31,433 nt of DNA, taken from assembly GCA_964625085.1 (NCBI GenBank), contig CAZVAJ010000002.1, forward strand, positions 17,814-49,246, read 5' to 3'. How positions within the stretch are numbered: the first letter of the stretch is position 1; every line of letters starts with the position of its first letter. The position numbers and the translations under genes were made by a program. This DNA comes from Candidatus Micrarchaeota archaeon (GTDB lineage: Archaea > B1Sed10-29 > JAJSAI01). The notes beneath the pieces were generated by a model, which was not told where the DNA came from, searched no databases, and saw only the letters and a list, made by a program, of their open reading frames with translations. Positions 1-7,819 of the stretch are shown here, one piece after another.

Positions 1-87
1 AAGAAAAAAACAACAAGCACCAAAAAGAAAACAACAACCAAAAAAAGAACAACCAAGAAAAAAACAACAACCAAAAGGAGATATTGA
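1..87 (+). CDS. 3' end of a protein with a Lys/Thr-rich, histone H1-like basic tail (partial, starts before the window)
   Basis: Frame 1 reads KKKTTSTKKKTTTKKRTTKKKTTTKRRY, then TGA TAA. Codon-periodic AAA/AAG/ACA/ACC repeats, followed by a T-rich tract. Confidence 0.75.
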   Translation, partial: KKKTTSTKKKTTTKKRTTKKKTTTKRRY

Positions 88-142
88 TAACACCGCAGTC
101 TAACCAGCCGACCAAGAGGGACGGCAGGACGAAAAACCTGGA

Positions 143-167
143 TTTATTCTCTTTTTAATCTCTTTTT
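143..167 (+). terminator. Putative archaeal oligo-T terminator of the Lys/Thr-tail gene
   Basis: TTTATTCTCTTTTTAATCTCTTTTT after the stop codon, preceded by short GC stems at 104-141. Confidence 0.4.
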
Positions 168-1423
168 CATATTATTTTTCCTTTAAACACCCACCCTGGG
201 CCAACATAGTGGTCCCTCTGTTCTGGTTGTCCGGACAAGGACATGTTTTTTAGTAGTTCAAAGAAGTTACCTACAAGTACGCAGTTTCTTACTGGACTTG
301 TGGGTTCTCCTTTTTTCATCACCGCGCCTGATGAAACCTCAAGACTGAAGTCTCCGGTAAGATGGTTGCATGTGTGCACCCCGAGCACGTCTCTGATAAA
401 CACGCCTGAAAAGTCCTGCTCTTCAATCATGTTCTTAGAATCGAACGTAAGATTTGTTGGGGATTCATTAACTCCAATCGTGGTTCTGTAAGCGTGACCT
501 GTTGGATTTTCCTTAGTCAACCAGGAAGATTTAAGGTCACGTATAAAATCCTGCAGCATCCCTGATTGTATTATGTGCTTTTTAGTACATTTAACTCCTT
601 CAGGGTCATGCTCTCTTGTGAAAAGACCCTCTTGAAGACCTGGATCGTCATAGACTGTGAGGTTTTCTGAAGACACCTGTTTTTTTCTCTTGCTCTTGAA
701 AACTGATTTGTTAAGAAGAACATTGTAATGACTTATTGCGGGCGTAAAAAATGCGTCAACAAGCTCAGATACTGTTTCAGGAGGCAGCAGTACAGTTGTT
801 TCTCCTGAGACTCTTTTTCCACCACAAGTATTCTGGGCAAGCCATTCTAACTTATTTTCCAGGTCTAACAGATCAAAGTACTTGATGCTTGTTTTCTCTT
901 CCCATGTTTCAGTACCCTTGTAGGAGATGTCTGCATAAGCAGAGTAAAAAGATTCATCCCATTCTATTTCAGCACCCTCTGTAGTATAAAGCTCGGACTT
1001 TTCCAAACTTTTTGTCACGCCAGCTTGCGTGACTGTCACACTCTTTTTCTTTAGGGAGTCTATCACATTCAACAGTTGGGATTCCATTTCTTCTTGGGGT
1101 GTTTCCAGTGCTTTTTTGTTTACCCTTTGTTCTTTGCTGGATACAGGCGCGGGAAATGAGGGGCTGTCGTATTCTTTTGAGTATTTGGATATCTTCAGCG
1201 CGGTGTTTATCGCCTTGTCAGCATCTTTCTCTTCTCTGAAAGAGCAAACACCTATCTTGCCTGCTTTTATTATGCGGATCTGGTAGTACGAGTTGGTGTT
1301 TGACTGTGCAAACTCTACTTTGTCCTTAACTGTTTTCACCTTAAAGACCTGATCTTCTGAGTAAAAGAGTTCTGAGTAGTCTGCCTTTTTTTCCAGTTTC
1401 TGGAGTATTTTATCAGGATCCAC
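167..1423 (-). CDS. pmbA: TldD/PmbA family protein, PmbA (TldE)-like non-catalytic subunit
   Basis: 418 aa with LTVYDDP, DPEGV, PTGHA, GVHTCNHLTGDFSL and GNFFELLKN motifs. No HExxH. Directly downstream of tldD. Confidence 0.88.
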   Translation of the reverse strand: MDPDKILQKLEKKADYSELFYSEDQVFKVKTVKDKVEFAQSNTNSYYQIRIIKAGKIGVCSFREEKDADKAINTALKISKYSKEYDSPSFPAPVSSKEQRVNKKALETPQEEMESQLLNVIDSLKKKSVTVTQAGVTKSLEKSELYTTEGAEIEWDESFYSAYADISYKGTETWEEKTSIKYFDLLDLENKLEWLAQNTCGGKRVSGETTVLLPPETVSELVDAFFTPAISHYNVLLNKSVFKSKRKKQVSSENLTVYDDPGLQEGLFTREHDPEGVKCTKKHIIQSGMLQDFIRDLKSSWLTKENPTGHAYRTTIGVNESPTNLTFDSKNMIEEQDFSGVFIRDVLGVHTCNHLTGDFSLEVSSGAVMKKGEPTSPVRNCVLVGNFFELLKNMSLSGQPEQRDHYVGPGWVFKGKII

Positions 1424-2765
1424 CTAACAGCACCTCCTTGATGAGCAGGCTTGGCCCTCCTGCAGAAACCCTGACCTCCTGTTCTCCTTTGCCGCATACT
1501 CCTGCGAAAAAGTCTCCTAACTCTTTGCCTGCTGCAGTAACATTCTGAAGTGTTTTTAGTATGTTTCCAGAAAACATTACATCGCGGTAGGTCTTTACTT
1601 TTTCTCCATTGCGCACTTCGTAGGCTTTTGTAACTGCAAACTGGAACTCTCCGTTTAAAGTGGACACTTGTCCGCCTTTGTCTCCTTCTAGCAGGATGCC
1701 AGTACCAAGTTCTTCCATGAGCTCATCTTCGCTTCTATCCCCTGAAGCAAAAAACGTGTTACTCATTCTCACTAGCGGAACTTTGTCCACTGACTCAGCT
1801 CTTGCATTACCAGTGGACCTTGTGCCCATTCTTCCGGCGCTTTCACGGGAATGAAGGTAGGATTTGAGCACTCCTTTTTCTATAAGCACGGTGCGGGAGG
1901 CTGGCACGCCCTCGTGGTCTGCGGAGTATGACCCATACTCTGAAGGGAGTGTAGGGTCATCAACTATTGTAACATGCTCTGATCCTATTCTTTGTAACAA
2001 CCTGTTCTTGAGCAAGGATTCTCCTGCAAGCACTGAATCTGCCTCGCACGCATGCCCTATTGCTTCGTGCGCGAGCAAGCCGGAAACCTCTGGATTTATT
2101 AGAACAGGATACTTCCCTGATGGTAGTAAGCCTGCTTGTAGTAGTTCCAGGGCTTCTTCTCTTGCTTTTTCAGCCAACCCTAAATCAACAGCCTCCTGGC
2201 CTGAAATTCTTCCCATCCTCTTACATGAGCTTATTATTCCGTTCTCATTTTTTGCTACTGCGCAGAACACGGCCCTGATAAGTGGTTTTTCTTCCATAAA
2301 CTCTGAACCAGTATTATCAGCGTACCAGAATTGGGTTTCTGTGTATGACAACAAGGCTGTTTTGTTAACTATCCTTTTTTCAGACATTATTTCACACGCG
2401 TGCTTTAGCAGAGATACTGCTTTGTCAAGATCAAAAGGTTCAGAGGCCTTTGTCACACTCTTTCCTGATGAGATTGGCTCTTCAGACAGCTGGTTACTCA
2501 TGCTCATAGGATTCATGTTCTTGACCGATTTGGTTGCTTTTTCCAGCAGGCCTGCAGGGTTTTTTGAAGACGCGATTCCCATTCCCTTGTTGCCGACGAC
2601 CCTGACAGAGTACTTTGAAAAAAAGTTTTGGCTCACGCGGTCAACCTGTCCGTTCTGTACCCTTATGAGGACAGGCATTGAAACAACTGCTCTGCCCATC
2701 ACAAGATCCTTGCCAGGGGCTGATTTAATCTCTTCCAAAAACTTATGCATGTCCATAATGCTCAC
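1413..2765 (-). CDS. tldD: TldD family metalloprotease (catalytic subunit)
   Basis: HEAIGHACEAD (HExxH-type site), TIVDDPT, STGNARA, VRMSNTF and C-terminal CGK. GTG start overlaps the upstream stop; ATGs at 2756 and 2750 are alternatives. Confidence 0.93.
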   Translation of the reverse strand: MSIMDMHKFLEEIKSAPGKDLVMGRAVVSMPVLIRVQNGQVDRVSQNFFSKYSVRVVGNKGMGIASSKNPAGLLEKATKSVKNMNPMSMSNQLSEEPISSGKSVTKASEPFDLDKAVSLLKHACEIMSEKRIVNKTALLSYTETQFWYADNTGSEFMEEKPLIRAVFCAVAKNENGIISSCKRMGRISGQEAVDLGLAEKAREEALELLQAGLLPSGKYPVLINPEVSGLLAHEAIGHACEADSVLAGESLLKNRLLQRIGSEHVTIVDDPTLPSEYGSYSADHEGVPASRTVLIEKGVLKSYLHSRESAGRMGTRSTGNARAESVDKVPLVRMSNTFFASGDRSEDELMEELGTGILLEGDKGGQVSTLNGEFQFAVTKAYEVRNGEKVKTYRDVMFSGNILKTLQNVTAAGKELGDFFAGVCGKGEQEVRVSAGGPSLLIKEVLLGGS

Positions 2766-4117
2766 TTTTCTTTGAAAAACGCAGATACTGCGCGGTACAT
2801 GTTATAAATGTCCACTTTGCTCGAAACTTCTGCTGGAGAGTGCATGCTCAAGAGGCATACACCTATGTCCACAACGCTGGCACCCTGTTTTGCCAAGAAC
2901 AGTGCTACTGTTCCCCCTCCTCCAAGATCTACTTTCCCGAGCTCTCCGGTCTGCCAAGGCACCTTGTTCTTGTTCAGGATTTTCCTAACCCATGCCATAT
3001 ATTCTGCAGGAGCTTCGCTTGATCCTGATTTACCCCCGCTTCCTGTGTATTTTGCCACTGCAACTCCTCTTCCAAGGTACGTCGCATTACTCATATCATA
3101 CGCTTCCTTGTACAGGGGGTTTACTCCAGCAGTAACATCTGCTGAGAGGATCCTGCTGTTCTCAAGCAGGCTTCTCGCAGTTTCCAGGCCATAGATTTTC
3201 ATGAACACGTTTTCCAGAAAATTCGTGCTCGCTCCACCAAGCCCTACGCTGCCGATCTCTTCTCTGTCAAAAAGGAATACTGCAAGAGTGTTTTCAGGAA
3301 TCTTCGGCGCTTGGAACAGAGCTTGTATTGAAGTGTAACAGCTGCTTCTGTCATCCTGTCCATATGCCATGATCATGCTCTTGTCAATGCCAACGTCAGC
3401 GGGCTTGCTTGCTGGCACGAGTTCTAGTTCTGCTGAAGCAAGGTCCTCTTCTTTCACCCCATACTTTTTGTGCAGTACATCCAGCACGGTGTTTTTGAAC
3501 TTATCCTCCTTAGAGTCCGCAGGGGTCCCTCCTGCAATCACGGCAAGGGCCTCTCCTTCTATTACTTCAGCTGCTTTTTTCTCCATCTGTTTTTTCGCAA
3601 GATGGGGAAGAAGGTCTGGCACTACAAAAACAGGCTCACCTTCTTTTTCACCCATTTTCACGTCAACTCTGCTGCCGTCCTCCTTGAAGATAACCCCGTG
3701 CAATGCAAGAGGGTGGTTGACCCACTGGTACTTTTTTATCCCCCCGTAATAGTGGCCTTTGAATAACGCCAGGTCAGAATCTTCGGTCACTGGCCTTGGC
3801 TTGAGGTCTATTCTAGGGGAATCAGCGTGAGCCGCTGATATCCTGAGTTCTTTTTTCCTCCTGCCGATTATGACTAGTGCGACTGCTTTTTCACCTGACG
3901 TGAAATAGTACCTTTTTCCAGGTTTAGGCGCATTGTCATATCTCTTGAACCCTTTTTTCTTGGCAGCAGTAACCGTCCAAGCCACTACTTCTCTTTCAGT
4001 TTTGCATTCTGAAAGAAATTTCTTGTACGCCTCTGCGAACGCGAATACTTTTTTGTTATCCGCAGATTTCCATGATGACTCCGTTTTCCAAGATAACTTG
4101 GGCATAATAAACACCAT
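2762..4117 (-). CDS. M18 family aminopeptidase (ApeA/aminopeptidase 1-like)
   Basis: Metal-ligand motifs AHADSP, GQDDR, DREEIGS, SADV and MHSP, plus YYGGIKKYQW, DLLPHL and GKVDLGGGGT. Confidence 0.92.
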   Translation of the reverse strand: MVFIMPKLSWKTESSWKSADNKKVFAFAEAYKKFLSECKTEREVVAWTVTAAKKKGFKRYDNAPKPGKRYYFTSGEKAVALVIIGRRKKELRISAAHADSPRIDLKPRPVTEDSDLALFKGHYYGGIKKYQWVNHPLALHGVIFKEDGSRVDVKMGEKEGEPVFVVPDLLPHLAKKQMEKKAAEVIEGEALAVIAGGTPADSKEDKFKNTVLDVLHKKYGVKEEDLASAELELVPASKPADVGIDKSMIMAYGQDDRSSCYTSIQALFQAPKIPENTLAVFLFDREEIGSVGLGGASTNFLENVFMKIYGLETARSLLENSRILSADVTAGVNPLYKEAYDMSNATYLGRGVAVAKYTGSGGKSGSSEAPAEYMAWVRKILNKNKVPWQTGELGKVDLGGGGTVALFLAKQGASVVDIGVCLLSMHSPAEVSSKVDIYNMYRAVSAFFKEK

Positions 4118-4132
4118 TGGCTCACAGGAAGA

Positions 4133-4153
4133 AGAAGCATATAAAAGTTATCA
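4133..4153 (+). promoter_or_regulatory. BRE/TATA-like element in the divergent aminopeptidase/rnz gap
   Basis: AGAAGCATATAAAAGTTATCA about 30 nt before the rnz ATG. A near-identical copy lies at 26381-26402. Confidence 0.5.
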
Positions 4154-4182
4154 TTTAAAAGCGGGCTGCCTTAATTTTCTTC

Positions 4183-5079
4183 ATGTTTGAGATCACTGTC
4201 CTCGGGACCACCAGCACAATGCCGACTAAAAAGAGAAATCATCCCGCAATCCACGTCAAGTTCAGAGGATCCAACCTGTTATTCGAGTGTGGGGAAGGGA
4301 CACAAAGACAGCTTACGATAGCAGGATTGTCAGCTCAGAAGATAGATGCAGTGTTCGTATCCCACATGCACGGGGACCACTCTTTTGGTCTGGGTGGGTT
4401 ACTGCACTCAATGGACTTTAGGGGCCGGAAAGAAAAGATTTTCGTGTATGGTCCAAAGGGCATAAAAAAGGTGATCAAGTTTTTCTGTGAATGGCCGGGG
4501 ATACAAATGCTTTTCCCGATTGTCACAAAAGAAATAAAACCAGGGAAAATCTACTCTGACGCGGACGTTACTGTCAGCGCATTTCCTTTAGAACATGGAA
4601 TCGAGTGTTACGGTTTTGTGGTGGAAGAGAATGTTGAAACTAACCTGGACAAGAACAAACTCAAGAAAGCAGGATTATTAAACAGCCCTTTGTGCAAAGA
4701 GCTTAAGAAAAAAGGAGAGATCATGTACAAAGGCCGGAAGATCCTTTTGTCAGAGGTTTCAAAGCCCATGAAAAGGCCTGCGAAAGTGGTGATTGCTCTT
4801 GACACCCAGCCCTGCAAAGAGCTGGAGGAAAACGCTAAGGGCGCTGATGTACTATTGTGCGAGGCCACGTTTTCAGAAGAGCTTAAAGAAAAAGCGCATG
4901 AGTACGGTCACATGACCGCAAAAGACGCGGCCAGAATAGCAAAAAAAGCAGGAGTTAAACACCTGTTGCTCATGCACTACAGTGCAAGGTACGAGGATGA
5001 GAAGGTTCTTGAGAAGGAAGCACGGGAAGTTTTCAGGAACACTACTGCAACATACGACTTTTACAGACTTTCAATCTGA
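4183..5079 (+). CDS. rnz: Ribonuclease Z (tRNA 3' endonuclease)
   Basis: LGT..P..KRN, CGEGTQRQ, SHMHGDH (HxHxDH), a flexible arm, EATF and HYSARY. Confidence 0.95.
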   Translation: MFEITVLGTTSTMPTKKRNHPAIHVKFRGSNLLFECGEGTQRQLTIAGLSAQKIDAVFVSHMHGDHSFGLGGLLHSMDFRGRKEKIFVYGPKGIKKVIKFFCEWPGIQMLFPIVTKEIKPGKIYSDADVTVSAFPLEHGIECYGFVVEENVETNLDKNKLKKAGLLNSPLCKELKKKGEIMYKGRKILLSEVSKPMKRPAKVVIALDTQPCKELEENAKGADVLLCEATFSEELKEKAHEYGHMTAKDAARIAKKAGVKHLLLMHYSARYEDEKVLEKEAREVFRNTTATYDFYRLSI

Positions 5080-5120
5080 ACTGCATAGTATTTTATAAGT
5101 GAACATGCATTCTTTTACTC

Positions 5121-5915
5121 ATGAGAAAAAGCATGCTCTTCGCAGCGCTTCTGATAATGCTCCCCTGCTATCTTGGGGCAAGCGTGGACTGGAATTACAT
5201 CACCATCAACCTTGGGAACAAGGGAGAAGTCCACGTGACAGAAAGAATGCAGATTTCTTTTGAAAGTTCTGGGAATGAAAGTAAAGTGCTTGAGGAACTT
5301 ACGTCAAACCAGGACTTTAGAGCCTGGGCGTCCGCCGTACCTGAAATAGGCACGCATGTAACAGAACCCAAAGAACCAGTTAGGCTGAGCAAGGGTCAAA
5401 TCACAACAAGCAAAGAAAGCAAATCCCTAGAACTAACCCTTGAATACGACGCTGAACCTCTTACTCCCGTGAAAAAAGGGAGGTATCTTAAATACACTTT
5501 TCCCGCTGAAAGACTCTCATTCTACTCAAACGAAACACACACAGTAACCCTTCCCCGACAGACACAATTGTGGATAAAAGTTGAAAACAGTGAGAACGTC
5601 AAGATACTTGAAAAAGTTCCTGACCCTTACTGGGACACGTACATAGAGAATAACATGTTTAAGGTCACTGGCTGGACTGGTGGAAAAACTTTCCCTGACT
5701 TCAAGTTCGTGTACGAGGCAGAAGAGCCATTGACAGAGTCGTTCACTATCCGGGATTTTGCAGAGAAAATGTTCCTATTCTTGCTCAATAACCCTGCGTA
5801 CACTGTCTCCCTTGCTGTACTACTGGCCATAATGCTGGTATACCGCAAACAGATATTTGGATTGCTGTCAGAGGGGGCTGTTTCAGAAGAAGAGATTGAA
5901 ATCCCGAGAGATTAA
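5121..5915 (+). CDS. Hypothetical secreted protein with C-terminal membrane anchor
   Basis: N-terminal signal peptide (MRKSMLFAALLIMLPCYLGA), beta-rich ectodomain with N-x-S/T sequons, TM helix YTVSLAVLLAIMLVY and an acidic tail. Confidence 0.75.
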   Translation: MRKSMLFAALLIMLPCYLGASVDWNYITINLGNKGEVHVTERMQISFESSGNESKVLEELTSNQDFRAWASAVPEIGTHVTEPKEPVRLSKGQITTSKESKSLELTLEYDAEPLTPVKKGRYLKYTFPAERLSFYSNETHTVTLPRQTQLWIKVENSENVKILEKVPDPYWDTYIENNMFKVTGWTGGKTFPDFKFVYEAEEPLTESFTIRDFAEKMFLFLLNNPAYTVSLAVLLAIMLVYRKQIFGLLSEGAVSEEEIEIPRD

Positions 5916-6274
5916 ATCTTTTCTTTTATGCCTCTGCGATACACTGGCCTGAAACCTACTCCGAGCCTGTTTGCTACAACCTGGACAGCGTAGTCATCGG
6001 TCATCACAGGGCATCCTAGCTCTAATGATAGTGCAAGCACGCTCACGTCTGCTTTGCTCAGTTTTGGCAGGATCCTGCCCGCCGTTTTCTTGACCTTTTC
6101 CACATGTTTCTCTTCAGGAGAGAACACCCCCAGTTCTCCAGAGACTTTTGCCGCGTCTGCAAGCATTTTTGACCGCCTGTCTTTCAGTTCGGCCAAGACC
6201 TCTGGAGTAGTGGCCTTGTCCCCTGGAGGAAGCTCCAACGCGTTTAGGAATGCCGCAGAATCCAGCACTATCAT
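5912..6274 (-). CDS. nob1: Nob1-family PIN-domain endonuclease (no Zn ribbon)
   Basis: IVLDSAAF, TTPEVLAEL, LSKADVSVLALS and TDDYAVQ, the archaeal Nob1 PIN signatures. Confidence 0.8.
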   Translation of the reverse strand: MIVLDSAAFLNALELPPGDKATTPEVLAELKDRRSKMLADAAKVSGELGVFSPEEKHVEKVKKTAGRILPKLSKADVSVLALSLELGCPVMTDDYAVQVVANRLGVGFRPVYRRGIKEKI

Positions 6275-6317
6275 AGGCTAATCTACCCCTAAAAGTATTA
6301 AAAGAATAGTGGGCTAA

Positions 6318-7817
6318 ATGAGAAGGATGAAAACAAGAATGCACGAGTACGAACGAAAGTTCCTTGAGGCCTTGTCAAAGTACGGAAAGGAAAAATTTGA
6401 GAAAGTTTCTGAAGATGCGGGACTAAACCCAGGTGCTGCTAACTACGCGTTAGCCATGCTGGAAGAAAAAGGCCTGATAAAAATAGATTCCAGGCAGAAA
6501 GAGGAGGTCTCGCTTGCAGAAGAGGGCAAAGAGTACCTTGAAAAAGGCCTTCCTGAACGCAGGGTTCTTGATAGTATTCAGGGAAAAGAAGAGAACATAA
6601 AAAATCTTATGAAAAAAATTCCTGGAAATGAGTTCAGGATCGCCAGCATTTGGCTTGTTAGACAGGGTCTTGCTAAGATAAGGTCCGGGAAGATAACCCT
6701 AACAGAAAAAGGCGAAGAGTACAAGAGCAAACCAACAGGTCAAGAAAAGGTTCTTAAGCTCTTGTCAGAAGGCAAGAGAATCCCTGAAGAATTACAGCGG
6801 GACTACGAACTTCTCAAGGGACGCGGGAAGATAATTGAAGTCAAAAAAGCGGTGGAAAGGACTGTAGAAATCACAAAAGAGGGAAAAGCAGCTCTAGCAG
6901 AAAAGCCCGCAGAAGAGGAGATAGCACAGCTGACTGGAAGCATGATAGTGACCGGAAGCTGGAAAGGAAAACAGTTCAAAAAGTATGATATTAACGCACC
7001 TTCCCCGCCAGAGTACGGCGGAAGAATCCACCCCACCGTGCGTGTTATGAGACAGGTCAGGAGCATATTCACGGAGATGGGATTCCATGAAATGAAGGGC
7101 CCGTGGGTGGAAAGTGCGTTCTGGTGTTTTGACAGTATGTTTGTTCCGCAAGACCATCCTGCCAGAGAAGTTCAGGACACATTTTACCTGGATGGAAAGG
7201 CGAAACTGCCAGAACCTGAACTCGTGGACAGGGTGAAGAAAGTGCACGAGAACGGGTATGACACTGGCTCCAAGGGATATGGATACGAGTGGGATCCTGA
7301 ACTAGCAATGAAAAGGGTGCTCCGAACGCACACGACTGCAACAACCTTCAGGTACTTCGGAAAAGGGATAGAAAAACCTGCCAAGTACTTTAGCATTGAC
7401 AGAGTGTTCAGGAACGAGACCGTTGACAAGACACATCTGGCAGAGTTTCATCAGATAGAAGGGTTCGTGCTGGGTGATGTTGATTTCAGGGATCTTGTAG
7501 GTTATCTTAAAACATTCTATAAGAAAATGGGAATAGAAAAGATAAGGCTGAAGCCGTACTACAATCCGTACACAGAACCAAGCACAGAAATCTTTGCCAA
7601 ACACCCCAAGCTTGGTTGGATAGAACTAGGTAACTCAGGGCAGTTCAGGCCTGAATCACTTGCCCCATACGGCATCACAGAAAATGTGGTGGCATGGGGA
7701 CTGGGCCTGGAAAGGCTGGTGATGCTCACTTACAACAAGCACAACATACGCGACGTGTTAGGTCCAACCTGTGACCTGCAGTGGATAAGAGCGTACAGTA
7801 TTGGCAGGGAGGAATAA
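6318..7817 (+). CDS. pheS: Phenylalanine-tRNA ligase alpha subunit (archaeal type)
   Basis: N-terminal winged-helix extension, PQDHPAREVQDTFY, LRTHTT, FRNETVDKTHLAEFHQIEG, PYTEPS and WGLGLERL. Start may be 6327 or 6339. Confidence 0.97.
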   Translation: MRRMKTRMHEYERKFLEALSKYGKEKFEKVSEDAGLNPGAANYALAMLEEKGLIKIDSRQKEEVSLAEEGKEYLEKGLPERRVLDSIQGKEENIKNLMKKIPGNEFRIASIWLVRQGLAKIRSGKITLTEKGEEYKSKPTGQEKVLKLLSEGKRIPEELQRDYELLKGRGKIIEVKKAVERTVEITKEGKAALAEKPAEEEIAQLTGSMIVTGSWKGKQFKKYDINAPSPPEYGGRIHPTVRVMRQVRSIFTEMGFHEMKGPWVESAFWCFDSMFVPQDHPAREVQDTFYLDGKAKLPEPELVDRVKKVHENGYDTGSKGYGYEWDPELAMKRVLRTHTTATTFRYFGKGIEKPAKYFSIDRVFRNETVDKTHLAEFHQIEGFVLGDVDFRDLVGYLKTFYKKMGIEKIRLKPYYNPYTEPSTEIFAKHPKLGWIELGNSGQFRPESLAPYGITENVVAWGLGLERLVMLTYNKHNIRDVLGPTCDLQWIRAYSIGREE

Positions 7818-7819
7818 GA

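Noticed and set aside
1..80. A/C-rich short repeats as a possible CRISPR or satellite array
   Set aside because: Period-3 pattern explained by Lys/Thr codons; no repeat-spacer structure.
95..141. Possible hammerhead ribozyme, SECIS or riboswitch
   Set aside because: No CUGANGA core, the internal-loop orientation does not fit the archaeal SECIS GAA/A pattern, and no riboswitch consensus was recognisable.
243..3766. Long plus-strand ORFs opposite pmbA, tldD and the aminopeptidase (e.g. 1864-2775, 303 aa)
   Set aside because: Ser/Phe-rich antisense shadows of well-supported genes, with no motifs.
5912..6274. PIN protein as a VapC toxin of a toxin-antitoxin pair
   Set aside because: No adjacent antitoxin ORF, and the motifs (LSxAD, TDDY) fit Nob1 better.
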